From: Orbicella franksi
Taxonomy: Eukaryota
Assembly: GCA_964199315.1 (NCBI GenBank)
Contig: OZ116701.1
Location: forward strand, 14,570,001 to 14,634,000
Length of the DNA: 64,000 nt
Direction: 5' to 3'
The notes under the pieces are model-generated. The model was given only the letters and a program-made list of their open reading frames with translations, was not told the origin of the DNA and did no database searches. Position 1 is the stretch's first letter, and every line of letters begins with the position of its first letter. The translations under genes were made by a program, and so were the position numbers. Below are positions 62,576 to 64,000 of this stretch, in pieces.

Positions 62576-63641
62576 CTACAAGATAAAGCTATAAAAACCA
62601 AACATGTCCTCAGTAGTTATGAGTTCCAACGCCTCAAAGATTGCAACATGAATGTTTTCAGGCAATAGGCATCGAAATTCCTCCTTTAAAACAGTTTTCA
62701 ATTTATTGAAAACGAATTCTGCGACATTGAATTCTGGTGAAAGGGATGGAGTGTAAATGATTTGTGCTCCCATGTGCAATAGCCATCTTTGCAAAATGTC
62801 CCCAGTCTCGAAACGATGTGTGGCGCAATTGTCAAGAATGATATAATCACCAAATTCAATTGCTGGATTACCGAGTGTGGTTGTGGCTTGGCCAGCTTGA
62901 GTGAAGAAATTGAGAAAATCTGTAGAATCCGACGCGCCCTCCACAGTGTTTGCATACAGTACTCCTTCCAGTCCACACAATAAGCTAAGCGTTGCATTTG
63001 CTCCTTTTTTATTTCCAGAAATTATTTCAACCGCTATTTCCCCTTTGAGAGAATTTCCATAAGCGGGGGTTTCCTGTCCCACTATGAACGCCAACCTCAT
63101 CGAAAAATTTAAGTTTTTCTGGTGGCAAAGCACTCAAAGTATTTAGAAACTGTTGACAGTAAACTGTGTTCACAGGGGTAAATTTTTCCACAGATGCCTT
63201 CGTCAGTCGTTTTCGAGTGTAAGGTCCTTCTGGCAGCTTATTCCTGATAACATTTCCGATCGCTGTCAAGGATGTTCCGCTGTCTAAAGTACTGTAGTTT
63301 TCAAGAACATCTTTAACCGATTTATAGGGAAGGGAAGGCTTCTCCTGTTTGAGAAATTCCATCAGTTCTATGTCCTCAGGCTTGAGGTGTGACGGATTAC
63401 CTGATAGTTTCTTCAAAGGCAAATGGTCACCCGTAGCGCACAAATTTTGCCATAACTTTGAAACAAATTGAGTTGACACTCTGAAGCGGTTAGCAACATC
63501 GGAAAACTTTCCTGGAAAGAACCCTGAGGCTGGATCTCCGCCTTCCGCCATAATGGAGTCGAGAACACTTCCTCTCAAACTTTCATCGATTGATTTTCCT
63601 CGGTAGTAACTTCGCCCTTTGCTGTTTACGGAGAACGCCAT
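62576..63641 (-). CDS. Tc1/IS630-like transposase, DD37E, single +1 frameshift in a homopolymer (63065-63069)
   Basis: Paired-like HTH N-terminus, FFDEVG, ILDNCATH and SPEFNVAE, with 37 residues between D2 and E. Deleting one G gives a continuous ~354-aa ORF. Confidence 0.85.
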
Positions 63642-64000
63642 TCTTTGACTCACTCTATCGCGCTCTTAGGAATGTGACCATGTGAGTTCGTGTTTTTGGT
63701 TTGAAAAACCAAGCCACGTGACCTAAGTTGTTGACGTTTAGTGCCAAAATCAACTGTCACGCGTATCTTTCAGTTCGCGGTCTACCTGTTTCGGTAGTAA
63801 GACTTCCAACTACTCCAAAACACTGGGGGTCTCGCGAACCTTATTACCAAAGAAGTGTGCAGGAGATAAGCTGAAAACTCAACTCTAGACGAAACTTACC
63901 CATGAATATTCGGCCTTTCAAAAAAAGACGAAATTACCTTTTGCAAGCTCTAGCAATAGAGTACGCCAAGCTGTAACGATAACAGTAGTCCGATAACAAA

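Larger units (their letters stand above)
60328..63797 (-). mobile_element. Tc1/IS630-like two-gene DNA transposon with 129-bp TIRs (3470 bp)
   Basis: TIRs 60328-60456 and 63669-63797 (about 10 mismatches) start CTACCGAAACAGGTAGACCGCGAA. TA on both flanks. Confidence 0.92.

Noticed and set aside
1-64000. CRISPR array, rRNA or tRNA genes
   Set aside because: No regular repeat-spacer array or recognisable structural RNA gene was seen. The DNA is eukaryotic and repeat-derived.

Overview
AT-rich animal genomic DNA. The repeat families and protein fragments point to a cnidarian, probably a stony coral (inference). The window is almost entirely a stack of nested transposable elements, with no confidently identifiable host gene, rRNA, tRNA or CRISPR array. 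I could delimit by eye elements or relics of EnSpm/CACTA, hAT (6-bp target duplications), Kolobok, Harbinger, Mutator, pogo/Tigger, Tc1/IS630-like, Sola-like, L2/CR1 LINEs, Penelope (with a degenerate hammerhead ribozyme), BEL, Gypsy, Ngaro/DIRS and a Polinton/adintovirus PolB. The main candidate novel system is a 6.9-kb element (37193-44134). It has 31-bp TIRs built like a V(D)J RSS (CACAGTG/CACGGTG, 12-bp spacer, A-rich nonamer-like block), a Transib/RAG1-like transposase, and a convergent second gene of unknown function in the position RAG2L occupies in ProtoRAG. A second two-gene element (Tc1/IS630-like, DD37E, 60328-63797) carries a PB1-like/zinc-knuckle cargo gene. Family assignments come from recalled motifs; no database searches were run.
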